DNA of 31,503 nucleotides, taken from IMG/VR virus record IMGVR_UViG_3300001450_000147, positions 1 to 31,503 of that record; one strand, given 5' to 3'. This document shows, in pieces, positions 8,204 through 17,301 of this stretch. Position numbers and translations under genes: made by a program. The DNA comes from a virus. Its lineage: Duplodnaviria > Caudoviricetes. The notes beneath the pieces were generated by a model. The model was not told the DNA's origin. It worked only from the letters and a program-made list of their open reading frames with translations, and made no database searches. Position 1 is the first letter of the stretch. Every line of letters starts with the position of its first letter.

Positions 8204-8659
8204 ATGATTCATGCACAGGACACAAAGTTCATCAACGTCACGCCTCCGGCGGCGATCGTCGATAATGCTTCGTACACTACCGCCGAGATCGATACTCTTG
8301 GCTACGACTACGCCACCATCGTGGTTTATATCGGTGCGACTGACATCGCAATGACTGCTCTCAAGGTTACTCAGTCGGATACCGCTGGCTCAGGCCATGC
8401 GGACATCTCTGGTCTCACTTGGGGTTCTGACACCAACATCGACGGAAGCACATCGGCGCTGCCGAGTGCCGACGATGACAACACGTTCCAGGTCGCTCAG
8501 ATCAACCTCGTTGGTCGAAAGCGATACTTGGATGTGACGGCGACGGCTGGGAATGGTTCTGCTGGAACCTTTGCAGCCATCTTCTGCATCCTCTCGCGTG
8601 GTGATGAGGTCGCAAACACTGCCGCCAGCCAAGGTGCTGACGAAGTCCTTGCGGTCTGA
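8204..8659 (+). CDS. Probable capsid decoration/cement protein
   Basis: 151 aa, small-residue and beta-rich (IDTLGYDYA...ALKVTQSD...KRYL.V), immediately after the capsid gene. ATG 8204 is preferred over the track start, which lies inside the hairpin. Confidence 0.6.
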   Translation: MIHAQDTKFINVTPPAAIVDNASYTTAEIDTLGYDYATIVVYIGATDIAMTALKVTQSDTAGSGHADISGLTWGSDTNIDGSTSALPSADDDNTFQVAQINLVGRKRYLDVTATAGNGSAGTFAAIFCILSRGDEVANTAASQGADEVLAV

Positions 8660-8675
8660 TGATCCTCCTTTCTGT

Positions 8676-8711
8676 ATCGGCGGCCACTGGCTTCGGCTGG
8701 TGGCCGCCGAT
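8676..8711 (+). terminator. 16-bp stem with C(UUCG)G tetraloop; attenuator or mRNA-stabilising hairpin
   Basis: ATCGGCGGCCACTGGC-TTCG-GCTGGTGGCCGCCGAT; no poly-U follows it. Confidence 0.55.
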
Positions 8712-8737
8712 CGGCGAAGAGGTCTAGGAGGTAAATC

Positions 8738-9607
8738 GTGGCAGTCGGAACCTACGCACTCGCAACGCTTGCAGAACTGAAGTCCTGGCTTGAGATTACC
8801 GAGACGGATTCCGATGTCGCGCTAGAGGCATCAATCGATCGCGCTACTGCGATCATTGAGACCTACTGTGACAGGAAGTTCGCAAGCCGGACTCATTACG
8901 AGTTCGCAATGCCAGGCGGAGGGAAGACCCTTTCCCTGGATCACTTCCCAGTCGTCAGCATCAAGACCGTGGCGTTTGGGCCAGCAGTCGCTTTCACTCT
9001 GCAAAGCGACACCGCATCCAGCGACGTACTCGCGACTGTAGAGAACGACGGCTCCAGCCTTAAGTTGACGAAGATCGCAAGCGACGGAACCGAAACAAGT
9101 TCGTCTCTGGCTTTCTCGACGTACAAGACGACGGCCTTGCTTGTTGCTCAGGTCAATAGCGGCGTGAGCGGTTGGAGTGCAAGCCTTACGGCCAACGCAT
9201 ACAGCCGATCGATGTATAGATTCGGAGGTCGCGGAGTCATCAATGCAGTGCTTTCTGTCGAGTACCCGAAGGACAACGTCAGCGAGTATCGACTAGACAT
9301 TGACAGGGCCTTGATCCACATGAGATCGGATCGGTTCCCGCACTACGACAGCAAAATGCGGGACACCAACAGATTCCCGCGAGGCTTTTATCCGATCTTC
9401 GTAGAATACGAGGCAGGATATGTGACTGTTCCGGAAGATCTGAAGCGAGCTTGTATTGAAATCGCTGCGGAGATGTACCAGACTCGTCTGCAAGACAGGC
9501 TCCTGAGTACCGAAAGCCTGGGCGACTATTCGTACACCAAGAAGCAATCAGTGAACTACGCAGAGGAAAGAGCGCATCTTCTTGATGGATACAGGAACGT
9601 CCGATGA
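8738..9607 (+). CDS. Head-tail connector/adaptor (gp6/gp15-like) with a large internal insertion
   Basis: TLAELK.WL.I...D.D..L...I..A...IE.YC.R.F at the N-terminus; Y.AGY..VP.DLK.AC......Y...ESLGDYSY at the C-terminus; GGAGG RBS before the GTG start. Confidence 0.82.
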   Translation: MAVGTYALATLAELKSWLEITETDSDVALEASIDRATAIIETYCDRKFASRTHYEFAMPGGGKTLSLDHFPVVSIKTVAFGPAVAFTLQSDTASSDVLATVENDGSSLKLTKIASDGTETSSSLAFSTYKTTALLVAQVNSGVSGWSASLTANAYSRSMYRFGGRGVINAVLSVEYPKDNVSEYRLDIDRALIHMRSDRFPHYDSKMRDTNRFPRGFYPIFVEYEAGYVTVPEDLKRACIEIAAEMYQTRLQDRLLSTESLGDYSYTKKQSVNYAEERAHLLDGYRNVR

Positions 9608-9951
9608 GCATCGCAAGCATGATCGACAGGTATGGAAAAGTCGTTCAGCGAGGAACCAGGTCTGTTGCATCTGACGCTGTCGGTGGGTCGATTGAGACGT
9701 ATACATACTCAGATGCGATGAAAGCCTTGGTCCAAATAGAAAGCACCTCCGACGCAGTCGTTGGTGGCCGAGAGAACGCAGCGAAGTCAGCGACGTTTTT
9801 CTTCAAGTCAGGAACGACGATTAGCCTGAATGATCGAATTCAATACGGGTCTGACGAGTTCGTCGTCAGGTCTGTCAGAACACCGCACGAGCGTCCTCGC
9901 TTGGATTCGATCTCATACGTCAACGTCCAAGCCGACCAGGTGCTGTCGTGA
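9604..9951 (+). CDS. Head closure/stopper protein (gp16-like)
   Basis: Size, position, D..GG and I...DRI.Y....F.V..V motifs. Confidence 0.72.
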   Translation: MSIASMIDRYGKVVQRGTRSVASDAVGGSIETYTYSDAMKALVQIESTSDAVVGGRENAAKSATFFFKSGTTISLNDRIQYGSDEFVVRSVRTPHERPRLDSISYVNVQADQVLS

Positions 9952-10472
9952 AAATTTTCACCACTGACTTCAACCCGTTAGACCTGAAAGATGTGGTCGA
10001 CTCAGGCATGAGCGCAATTCTTGAAGGGATCCAGCGAGAGGTTCAGAACGGGATCAAGAGGTCAATCAACAAGGCAAGTCCTCCCAGCTCAAAGGCCGGA
10101 CAGAACCCTCGGAAGCGTACTGGCAACCTGGGCCGGTCCGTGCTTCTGACAAAGATCGTGGACAGCAACGGTCTTCTCTTTGGCACTGTTCACGTCGACG
10201 CGCCGTACGCACGACCTCTTGAATTTGGTGCAAAGTTGCCAGGTGGTCAGCCGTATTTTTACAACGCAAAGGAAGGGAAGATTGTATATGTTCGCAAGTC
10301 CCATCCGAACGCGGCCAAATTCAAGAAGACAAAGCCTGGCTTCCTGAAGCCTCGTCCATTCGTGATTCGTCAGGTCAACAAAACGAAGAAGCGAATTCCG
10401 TTGCACATGCGCAAGTTCGTTCGAACCTTCAAGAGCATGGCCAAACCAGGAAGAATGAGGACGCTGACATGA
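9948..10472 (+). CDS. HK97 gp10-like neck/tail completion protein
   Basis: S..G..P..RTGNL.RS, YA..LEFG and PRPF motifs. Confidence 0.8.
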   Translation: MKIFTTDFNPLDLKDVVDSGMSAILEGIQREVQNGIKRSINKASPPSSKAGQNPRKRTGNLGRSVLLTKIVDSNGLLFGTVHVDAPYARPLEFGAKLPGGQPYFYNAKEGKIVYVRKSHPNAAKFKKTKPGFLKPRPFVIRQVNKTKKRIPLHMRKFVRTFKSMAKPGRMRTLT

Positions 10473-10897
10473 CCGTCGAGTTGATGAAAGCTGTGTATGG
10501 CAGGCTCGTCTCAAATGACGGCGCGTCTCCTCCTGACTACAACGACTTCTATGATGCAGTCGGAGGAAGGGTGTACGCGCTCGAGGGTCCAGCGAATGCG
10601 ACATTTCCGCTCTGCATTTACAACCTCCAGGGAATTGATACCAACAGGTTCTTCGATGGGAGGGTGCAGCAAATCGGATCGATATCTGTGGCGATCTTCA
10701 ACAAGGCGGAAAGCGGCCCTGATTCGATAGTTGATATCGAGAAGCTGCTATTCGAACACATGGACGAAGAAAGTTTGGTAGTAGCAAATCATGACCGTGG
10801 ATTCGTCAGGGGCGTCACTCGCGGCGTTCCTCAGATCGACGACGAGCTGATTCAAATTGAGTCGACCTTTCAAATCGTGGCGACCTCAACCTCTTGA
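10469..10897 (+). CDS. Tail terminator (DUF3168/gp17-like)
   Basis: A.Y..L, V.GRVY...P....P..IY pattern; located before the tail tube genes. Confidence 0.7.
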   Translation: MTVELMKAVYGRLVSNDGASPPDYNDFYDAVGGRVYALEGPANATFPLCIYNLQGIDTNRFFDGRVQQIGSISVAIFNKAESGPDSIVDIEKLLFEHMDEESLVVANHDRGFVRGVTRGVPQIDDELIQIESTFQIVATSTS

Positions 10898-10909
10898 CAG
10901 GAGTTCGGA

Positions 10910-11341
10910 ATGGGAAGCACAGTAGCAATTGGATCAGACGGCAAGGTTGTTCTGCCGACCGGATACGTCGGCACTCTGAACACTTGGTCATGTTCAATCA
11001 CAAGGTCGACGACTGCGGTCAGTGGGTTCAGCCAGGTTGGGACTACTCGAGTCGCCTCGAGCCTGTTCGACATCACTGGATCGGCAGGAGGCTTCCCGAA
11101 CTACGACGCCTCAACAACTGACCCGCTGTCTCTTTTCGTAGGAACAAGCGGAGCAAATGCTGGCAGTGTTTCCTTGTTCTGGAACAGCATTGCCTCAAAC
11201 GTAGCAGAGTGTTCTCTGGAGTTTGATGCTGTTTTCAGTTCGGTTGCAATTGGAGCGACACAAGACGGAGACGCAAGTCTTTCCTTTAACTTCGAGCTAG
11301 CCGATGCGAACGCTCCAGTGTTCACTTGGTTTGAAGCCTGA
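10910..11341 (+). CDS. Tail tube protein, paralog 1
   Basis: G.DG.V, W(S)..I, ITGS..G and F.F pattern; position; AGGAG RBS. Confidence 0.7.
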   Translation: MGSTVAIGSDGKVVLPTGYVGTLNTWSCSITRSTTAVSGFSQVGTTRVASSLFDITGSAGGFPNYDASTTDPLSLFVGTSGANAGSVSLFWNSIASNVAECSLEFDAVFSSVAIGATQDGDASLSFNFELADANAPVFTWFEA

Positions 11342-11359
11342 CCCCTTTGGAGAATTCCC

Positions 11360-11797
11360 ATGGCTGTTGCAGTTGGATCTGATGGAAATGCGTCGATGGG
11401 TACAGGCTTCAATGCCGCGCTCAACACTTGGAGCGCGAACCTGACAAGAAGCACCCAAGTCATCACTGCGTTCGGAGCTGCGAGCGGTTGCCACAACCGC
11501 AGAGCGTCCAGTTTGCTGGATGTGACTGGATCTGCTGGCGGTTTCCCAGTGTATGACAACGGTTCAGGCACTGACGCAGATGGAAGTCTTGCTCCCATCA
11601 AGCACACGGGGACGGCCTTGAACGATCGCGGAGGTTCGACAATCCAGCTCTTCACCAGCGCGACTTCTTCGATTCAATTCGCAGCGGTGTTCAATTCGTT
11701 CTCCTTTGGTGTTTCTCAGGATGGCGCAAGCACTGTAACGTTCAACTTTGAAATGAATCAAAGCACTGCGCCGACAGTGAGCTGGGACGAAAGCTGA
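11360..11797 (+). CDS. Tail tube protein, paralog 2
   Basis: Collinear with 10910-11341 (GSDG, LNTWS, TRST, ASSL.D.TGSAGGFP.YD, F.AVF, QDG, FNFE). Confidence 0.7.
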   Translation: MAVAVGSDGNASMGTGFNAALNTWSANLTRSTQVITAFGAASGCHNRRASSLLDVTGSAGGFPVYDNGSGTDADGSLAPIKHTGTALNDRGGSTIQLFTSATSSIQFAAVFNSFSFGVSQDGASTVTFNFEMNQSTAPTVSWDES

Positions 11798-12057
11798 TGA
11801 TCAGCGGAAGAGATGATTTGATTCGCAGCGGCCTCCTTGTCCCAACAATGCAAGACTGGAGGGTGCGTCTTGTTTTCGCAGACGACACCGAGCGCATCGT
11901 GAGGGTCAGCCCTGGAACGCTTGATGAATCAGACGCTGTCAATCGCGCTCTGGCTCACGCCAAGATTCTCGATCAATCAATGCTCAAGTCAATCGAACCT
12001 GAAAGAGTTTCGAAAAGCGTCAAGGTTTCACCGTTCGGAATCATTCAGAAAGGATGA
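11797..12057 (+). CDS. Hypothetical protein in tail operon
   Basis: 86-aa ORF translationally coupled on both sides. Confidence 0.6.
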   Translation: MISGRDDLIRSGLLVPTMQDWRVRLVFADDTERIVRVSPGTLDESDAVNRALAHAKILDQSMLKSIEPERVSKSVKVSPFGIIQKG

Positions 12058-12473
12058 TTGAAATGCCTGCGAAAACAGTCAAGGTCCATGGGTCACTTGT
12101 AAAGGTCCCACTTCTCTCCGTCGCTCAAGTCATCGAGATGTCTGCGCTTGTCTGGAATGAATCAAGGTCTGAGATTCTTGAAGACCTCAAAGATTCGAAC
12201 GCATCTGACGAGGTGACGCTGGAAGCACTCAAGCAACACAGAGAGACCAAAGGTCACACGATGAACGTGGTCCGATGGGCGCTGACTGCACAAGGCGCAA
12301 AGGAAGTGATCAAGCAAGCGACCGGCGACTTCCCTTCTGAGTTTGAAGAGCTGAAGATCGAGCAGATCATTGAGATCGCGGTCGGTTGCCTCGGAGTCGA
12401 TTGGGATGAACTCGCATCGACAGAAGGCAGTGCAGAGGGAAACGCAAAGGATCAAAGCGAGGCCGCGACCTGA
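12054..12473 (+). CDS. Tail assembly chaperone (gpG-like)
   Basis: Acidic helical ORF before the tape measure, with an in-frame slippery heptamer near its 3' end. Confidence 0.72.
   Translation: MIEMPAKTVKVHGSLVKVPLLSVAQVIEMSALVWNESRSEILEDLKDSNASDEVTLEALKQHRETKGHTMNVVRWALTAQGAKEVIKQATGDFPSEFEELKIEQIIEIAVGCLGVDWDELASTEGSAEGNAKDQSEAAT
12437..12443 (+). promoter_or_regulatory. Programmed -1 frameshift site G-GGA-AAC
   Basis: X-XXY-YYZ in the frame of 12054; the -1 frame is open (AAA CGC AAA GGA TCA AAG CGA GGC CGC GAC CTG ATG) into ORF 12473-12655. Confidence 0.8.
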
Positions 12474-12655
12474 TGGAGGAAGCGGCATGGGTCGCCAGGC
12501 TTCTGCCTGGCTTAGGGAATCCTCTGATGTTGCCGATCGACGAATTCAATTCGTATCTCCAAATGATTCCCAAGATTCTCGAAGCCGAGAATGGTGCGCC
12601 TAGCGATCACTCACACGACCACCGAGCGCACGTCGAGCGTCAGATGAGGCAATGA
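12473..12655 (+). CDS. gpT-like C-terminal part of the frameshifted tail assembly chaperone
   Basis: Lies in the -1 frame relative to 12054; contains P...LP..EF..Y. Confidence 0.65.
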   Translation: MEEAAWVARLLPGLGNPLMLPIDEFNSYLQMIPKILEAENGAPSDHSHDHRAHVERQMRQ

Positions 12656-12656
12656 C

Positions 12657-13859
12657 ATGGCATCCGAACAGTACAAGATCAACGTCGACATCCTGGCGAC
12701 GACTGAAAAGTTCAAGGCCGCACTCAATGAGCTAGAGGCCAAGATGGCAAAGACTGCCGCCCAGGTCGAGGCTCAGCACAAGAAGATGATTGACGCGACG
12801 AATCGCGAGGTGTTGCAGGCGAACGTCGCAATGAGTCAGCACATGGATGTCCAAGCAAAAACAATGAAGACCAAGGCTGGAAAGATGGCAGCCGCTGGCA
12901 TGAAGGCGTTCGCTAGCAGAATTGCAGCAGCAGCATCCATCGGACTTGCGGTCGCCGCTGTCGACAATGTCCTGAAGGTGATCACGAAGCGAGTGTCAGA
13001 GGGTGGAGACGAGGCAGGCATTGGCTTGGGCATGAGCATCATTGAGTCGCTACAGCAGACGATGCGATCTGTCCCAATCTTGGGTTCGCTGATGGACTTG
13101 CTTGGTGCCGGTTTAGGAGCAAACGAGTTCGAAAGAGAGCAGGCGGAACGAGCAAAAGGTCAAGCCGAAGTAGCAAAACGAACCAGGCAGAAGATCAAAC
13201 ACCAGCAAAGACTGCAAGCAGTAATCGACCACGAGAACGCTGAAAGAGAACGGACAGTCGAACTCATGAAGGAACTGGCTGCGGCACAGCGTGAAGCCGT
13301 CGCCGAAGCCGAAGCGGCTGCGATGGTCGTGACAAACAGAAGAGTCGAGGCCGAGGACAGCCTGAGAGGCGCAAGAGCCAAGAACATTCGGATCGGATTG
13401 CAAGGCGACGAAGAGGGTCTCCAAAAGTTTAACCGTCGCTTAGAGCTGTATGAGTTGAGCTTGTCGTTTGAAAAGGAAATTGAAGAGGCACGCAGAAACA
13501 ACCAGGAGCTGCTTGCGGATGAGATTGCCGAGCATCACAACAAACTCCGCGCACTGACTGAAGAGTCGCACGCCCTTGAGGATCAGATGAAACTGATGGA
13601 GGAGATGAAGAAGCAGTCCGCAGAGCAGGCTGCCGCAGAGGACGAACTGGCGACTGCCAGGGGCAAGTCGATCGGGACAGCAGCCAGCGCAGTCAGTTCG
13701 TTCAACACTGCTGGAGGATCCTTCACGACGGCTTCGCAGGTCGGAGCCATGAACGAAGCCAAGCTCTTAAACTCGATTTCGAAAAAGTCGCAAGAGATAC
13801 TCGAGCAGATCGCCAAGAACACAGCAGGCGGAGGAGAAAACGTGGTGGACCTTGCCTGA
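12657..13859 (+). CDS. Short tape measure protein
   Basis: Ala-rich helical protein with N-terminal I.V.I.A.T..F motif, hydrophobic middle, coiled coil and C-terminal L.QIA.NT; directly follows the chaperone pair. Confidence 0.75.
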   Translation: MASEQYKINVDILATTEKFKAALNELEAKMAKTAAQVEAQHKKMIDATNREVLQANVAMSQHMDVQAKTMKTKAGKMAAAGMKAFASRIAAAASIGLAVAAVDNVLKVITKRVSEGGDEAGIGLGMSIIESLQQTMRSVPILGSLMDLLGAGLGANEFEREQAERAKGQAEVAKRTRQKIKHQQRLQAVIDHENAERERTVELMKELAAAQREAVAEAEAAAMVVTNRRVEAEDSLRGARAKNIRIGLQGDEEGLQKFNRRLELYELSLSFEKEIEEARRNNQELLADEIAEHHNKLRALTEESHALEDQMKLMEEMKKQSAEQAAAEDELATARGKSIGTAASAVSSFNTAGGSFTTASQVGAMNEAKLLNSISKKSQEILEQIAKNTAGGGENVVDLA

Positions 13860-14673
13860 GATTATTGAAGCGCTCGAATCTAGATCGTTCCAGACTAGCG
13901 GTGGACGCGGCGGTGGTACTCGCGTCTTCCATGCAAGCGGATACGCGGACGCTGGATCTTTGTTTGATGCTCTTGGTCAAACAGTCAGTGGAGTGCGCCT
14001 TCCAGGAAAAGGTGAAGCACACCCAGACTTTCCTGGCATGGTCGCCAAAGACTTCAACATACAGAAGGAAGCTGGCCACACTGATCTCTGGAAGGTCGTC
14101 TGGAGTTATGAAGTAATCAGCACCGGATTCGCTGCCGGGCCGCCTCAGCCAGTTCCTGAAGTCCTTCCGAATGAAGTTTCGTATGTCGAGATCAGTGCAG
14201 AGATTCGCGCAGAATTCAATCCTGCGTATCGATCAGATCCAATCATTCCCGAATTAGGTGACCCCGAACTTGGAGTCGACATCGAAGGCGATTCAATAGA
14301 CGCCGCTGGTGTCCCGACATCCTTGCAGCGGAACATTCAAGAAATCACCGTGACTGAAACAGTCGTCAATCCGGATCTTGATGTCTACCGAAGTTTCAGG
14401 TTTACGCGAAACATCCGCAAGTTCTTCGGAAGCCCTGCCGGTACATTGCTTTATCGAGGCGCATCAATCCGAAGGACTGGCCTGACGGTCTACCAGGTCA
14501 GTCATTCTTTTGTTGAAGATGAGTTCATGCACCTCCAGCAAGAGCCGCTCATTGAACCACCAGACATGAAACCCAAGCCTGACCCAAACAATGAAGGGAA
14601 GGCTTTGACCGTTTCCTTCGTACAGCCGTTTCCGAGAACCACAAACTTCAATCTCATCTCAAGAAACTTCTGA
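13852..14673 (+). CDS. Tail tip protein (distal-tail position)
   Basis: First ORF after the tape measure; P..G..HP..P, W.V.W.Y and F.G.PAGTLLY.G motifs. Confidence 0.55.
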   Translation: MPEIIEALESRSFQTSGGRGGGTRVFHASGYADAGSLFDALGQTVSGVRLPGKGEAHPDFPGMVAKDFNIQKEAGHTDLWKVVWSYEVISTGFAAGPPQPVPEVLPNEVSYVEISAEIRAEFNPAYRSDPIIPELGDPELGVDIEGDSIDAAGVPTSLQRNIQEITVTETVVNPDLDVYRSFRFTRNIRKFFGSPAGTLLYRGASIRRTGLTVYQVSHSFVEDEFMHLQQEPLIEPPDMKPKPDPNNEGKALTVSFVQPFPRTTNFNLISRNF

Positions 14674-14680
14674 GGAACAA

Positions 14681-15061
14681 ATGGCTGACGAAATCAACTT
14701 CAACGCGCAGATCAACATTCGCAAAGGCAACCTGACCGAAGCCTTCACGCCTGGATCGATATCGATTGATTTGTCTAGCGCCCTGGGTGATGGAGGGGTG
14801 CAGTCAATCGATCACTCAGGAGGTGCGGCCCAAGGGGAAGCCTTCGGCGTCACTGATGTGACCAACGGAGGAATCTTCTTCTTCCGAAACTTGGATGAGA
14901 CCAACTTCGTTGAGATTGGAATCCAGGTCGGCGGTACGTTCCATCCCTTCTTTAAGCTGCTGGCTGGAGAGTATGCTGTCGGAAGAATTGGAACCGCAGC
15001 CCCATTCGGTCGAGCGAACACCGCAGCCGTCGATGTCCAGTATCGGATTCTCTCGCCATGA
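14681..15061 (+). CDS. Small beta-rich virion protein
   Basis: GAGGA RBS; F.NLD.TN.V..G...KL..GE motif. Confidence 0.55.
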   Translation: MADEINFNAQINIRKGNLTEAFTPGSISIDLSSALGDGGVQSIDHSGGAAQGEAFGVTDVTNGGIFFFRNLDETNFVEIGIQVGGTFHPFFKLLAGEYAVGRIGTAAPFGRANTAAVDVQYRILSP

Positions 15062-15402
15062 AGAAAAGGTTCACCATTGGTCACCTCACAATTGGGGTCA
15101 AGACAGTCGTCGAAGCTGCTGTGAATGAGAGGATCGAGATTGAGCAGTTGTTCTTTGCGAACACTAGCGGAGGCACTCAAACCTTCGACCTGCATCATGT
15201 GCCAGCCGGTGACGCTGCGGCCACGAGCAACTTCACGCTGATGGCAGGCACAAGTGTCAGCAGCGGTAAGTCTTCTGAGTTGAAGGCCAGGATCTACCTT
15301 GAGCCTGGCGACAAGCTGACCGCAGTTTCAAGTGCTGCCAGCTCAATTGTTCTGACCTTGTACGGTATATCGGTGAAGGTGAGAGGAGACGGAAATGGCT
15401 GA
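15058..15402 (+). CDS. Small beta-rich virion protein
   Basis: Coupled ORF; AN.S, L.PGD.L.A and T.YG pattern typical of small phage structural proteins. Confidence 0.55.
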   Translation: MKKRFTIGHLTIGVKTVVEAAVNERIEIEQLFFANTSGGTQTFDLHHVPAGDAAATSNFTLMAGTSVSSGKSSELKARIYLEPGDKLTAVSSAASSIVLTLYGISVKVRGDGNG

Positions 15403-16258
15403 CCTGCCTCGATTCCACAAGGGTGGCATCGGACCAATTGACTACCAGACAATCAATGAAGCCTTCAAAAGGCTGGACGCTTTGCGGCCTTTGATTGAGT
15501 CGGCTTCTATTTCTAAATCACAGCGATTCGATCCTGTCGAGTTGACGCTGGTCATTGCAAAAGAAATAGTGCCAGAAAAGGACGAAGAGCCAACGGAAGC
15601 GACTCGATACTCATGGGAGCAGGTCCTCATTCGAGGCGAGTCCGATGGGTATATGTTCGAGCAGGACACACTGGCGACCGAGGGTCAGCCTGATTTTGAT
15701 GATGTCCAAGCTGACGCATCACCCAGGAAGGGACCCAACGAGGAAGGTGAAGGCTACGCAATTTGCTTGGATGAATCGTTCAGCAGCGGCTACGCCATTC
15801 TTGTTTCTTACAGACGCACTGACGCAAAGAATTCTTTCGTGTTGTTCCCGTTGGGAAACTTCACGACGCGAGGTCTGTGTGTGATTGTAAGTGCCGGTTC
15901 GGAGGCTACTTCTTTTTCAGTTGAAGATGTTGACGGCAAAGGCATGGAAAGCGTCAGCGCGTACTCCTACACCGCAAGAGAAATCAAGTTCATTGAAAAC
16001 GAGACACAGCTTCCGACCCTCCAGGTTGGTGCCACTTTCGTACTTGCAGACTTTGCTGCACCAGCTCAAAACGAAAACATTCCAGGAATGCCATCAGGCG
16101 CAAACGCAACTGCTAGGCCCTTGGAAGTTAACACTGTGATCGAATACAACCAGACCACATTCGGAGAAGGCAAGAAGTTCAGATATAGATCCGGACTTCC
16201 TCGGCTTGATGTGAATTGTGGATCTGTTGGCGACGACGACGATGGAGATGACCCGTGA
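15395..16258 (+). CDS. Tail tip hypothetical protein
   Basis: 287-aa acidic ORF with GAGGAG RBS in the tail operon; Y.W motif. Confidence 0.55.
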   Translation: MADLPRFHKGGIGPIDYQTINEAFKRLDALRPLIESASISKSQRFDPVELTLVIAKEIVPEKDEEPTEATRYSWEQVLIRGESDGYMFEQDTLATEGQPDFDDVQADASPRKGPNEEGEGYAICLDESFSSGYAILVSYRRTDAKNSFVLFPLGNFTTRGLCVIVSAGSEATSFSVEDVDGKGMESVSAYSYTAREIKFIENETQLPTLQVGATFVLADFAAPAQNENIPGMPSGANATARPLEVNTVIEYNQTTFGEGKKFRYRSGLPRLDVNCGSVGDDDDGDDP

Positions 16259-17301
16259 CTTCCTATCTTTCGATCTGTTGCTGTGACGACGACTCAGACG
16301 ATGGCGGTGGTGATGGAGGCGACGGCATCCCAGGGTGCTGCGATAGCAATCCATCGACAGTGACGCTCAACGTCAACGCAACCGCCGAAGCCTCTGGGTC
16401 AGTGATTCATTACAAGCAGAACCCAAACTGGAACGGAAACAGCGGCGTCGGAGGCGGATCGCCATACAACCAGTCGACGAATGTCACACAGAACACAAGC
16501 CTGACAGGCACTGTGACTTGGGATCTGTCTAGTGGAGACCCTCCTGTCTCCAATGTGATCTGTCGCGCATCTCATGTCTGCCGGTGTCAATTTAGCGCAC
16601 CAGGGGCCGAAAGCACCAACGGTGGGCAAGGCTGTTCTTTGTCGTTTGAGGGAGACGCTGCTGGAACGTATCCAGTGGATGTAGGGATTTCAATCAGAGA
16701 CTTCAAGCAGCAGCCTCCTGGTAGTGGGTTTGATATTTATTGCTCTGAAATTGAAGAAGAAGACCTAGAAGGTTGTGCTTTCGTAGTCTCGTTTTCGAGC
16801 CAAGGTGGACCAGGAATCTTTGGCGAGTTTCGTGTTGAGACTGACTGCAAAACTTACCTAAACCATTATGAAGACGCTGGAGAGTGGAACGGCCAAGTTT
16901 TACCTTTGCAGCGTCAGATGATTTTTTTGATCAACAGAACTCAAGATGGCAGTTGTGAAGTCGGAGACCTTGTTGCAAATTTTGATCCAAGGGCTTTCGG
17001 GAGTAGCATCACTGGAGGACCTCTTGGCAATGCGATCGCAGCCTATGGTTTCGACTACTACTTTTCTGGCGGATGCCAAAGGCGACCTTTGCGAGGCGAA
17101 GAGGTCGAGAGGTGGATCAACGCTTATGGATTTGATCCGACATTTGAAACCTCTGAAAACATTTGGCCCTGCTACAACGGCGAAACCTACTCAACCGGAA
17201 TGACGAGGATCGACACGAACCCTGTCACTGATGTGTCGATCGGTTTCATCGCGTCTGGAACGTTAAGCGGATCAAACAGCACGACACTGGAGTGGGAATA
17301 A
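16255..17301 (+). CDS. Cys/Gly-rich putative tail tip or receptor-binding protein with N-terminal CCC motif
   Basis: ICCCDDD...GCCD N-terminus and many scattered Cys; coupled to both neighbours. Confidence 0.55.
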   Translation: MTSYLSICCCDDDSDDGGGDGGDGIPGCCDSNPSTVTLNVNATAEASGSVIHYKQNPNWNGNSGVGGGSPYNQSTNVTQNTSLTGTVTWDLSSGDPPVSNVICRASHVCRCQFSAPGAESTNGGQGCSLSFEGDAAGTYPVDVGISIRDFKQQPPGSGFDIYCSEIEEEDLEGCAFVVSFSSQGGPGIFGEFRVETDCKTYLNHYEDAGEWNGQVLPLQRQMIFLINRTQDGSCEVGDLVANFDPRAFGSSITGGPLGNAIAAYGFDYYFSGGCQRRPLRGEEVERWINAYGFDPTFETSENIWPCYNGETYSTGMTRIDTNPVTDVSIGFIASGTLSGSNSTTLEWE

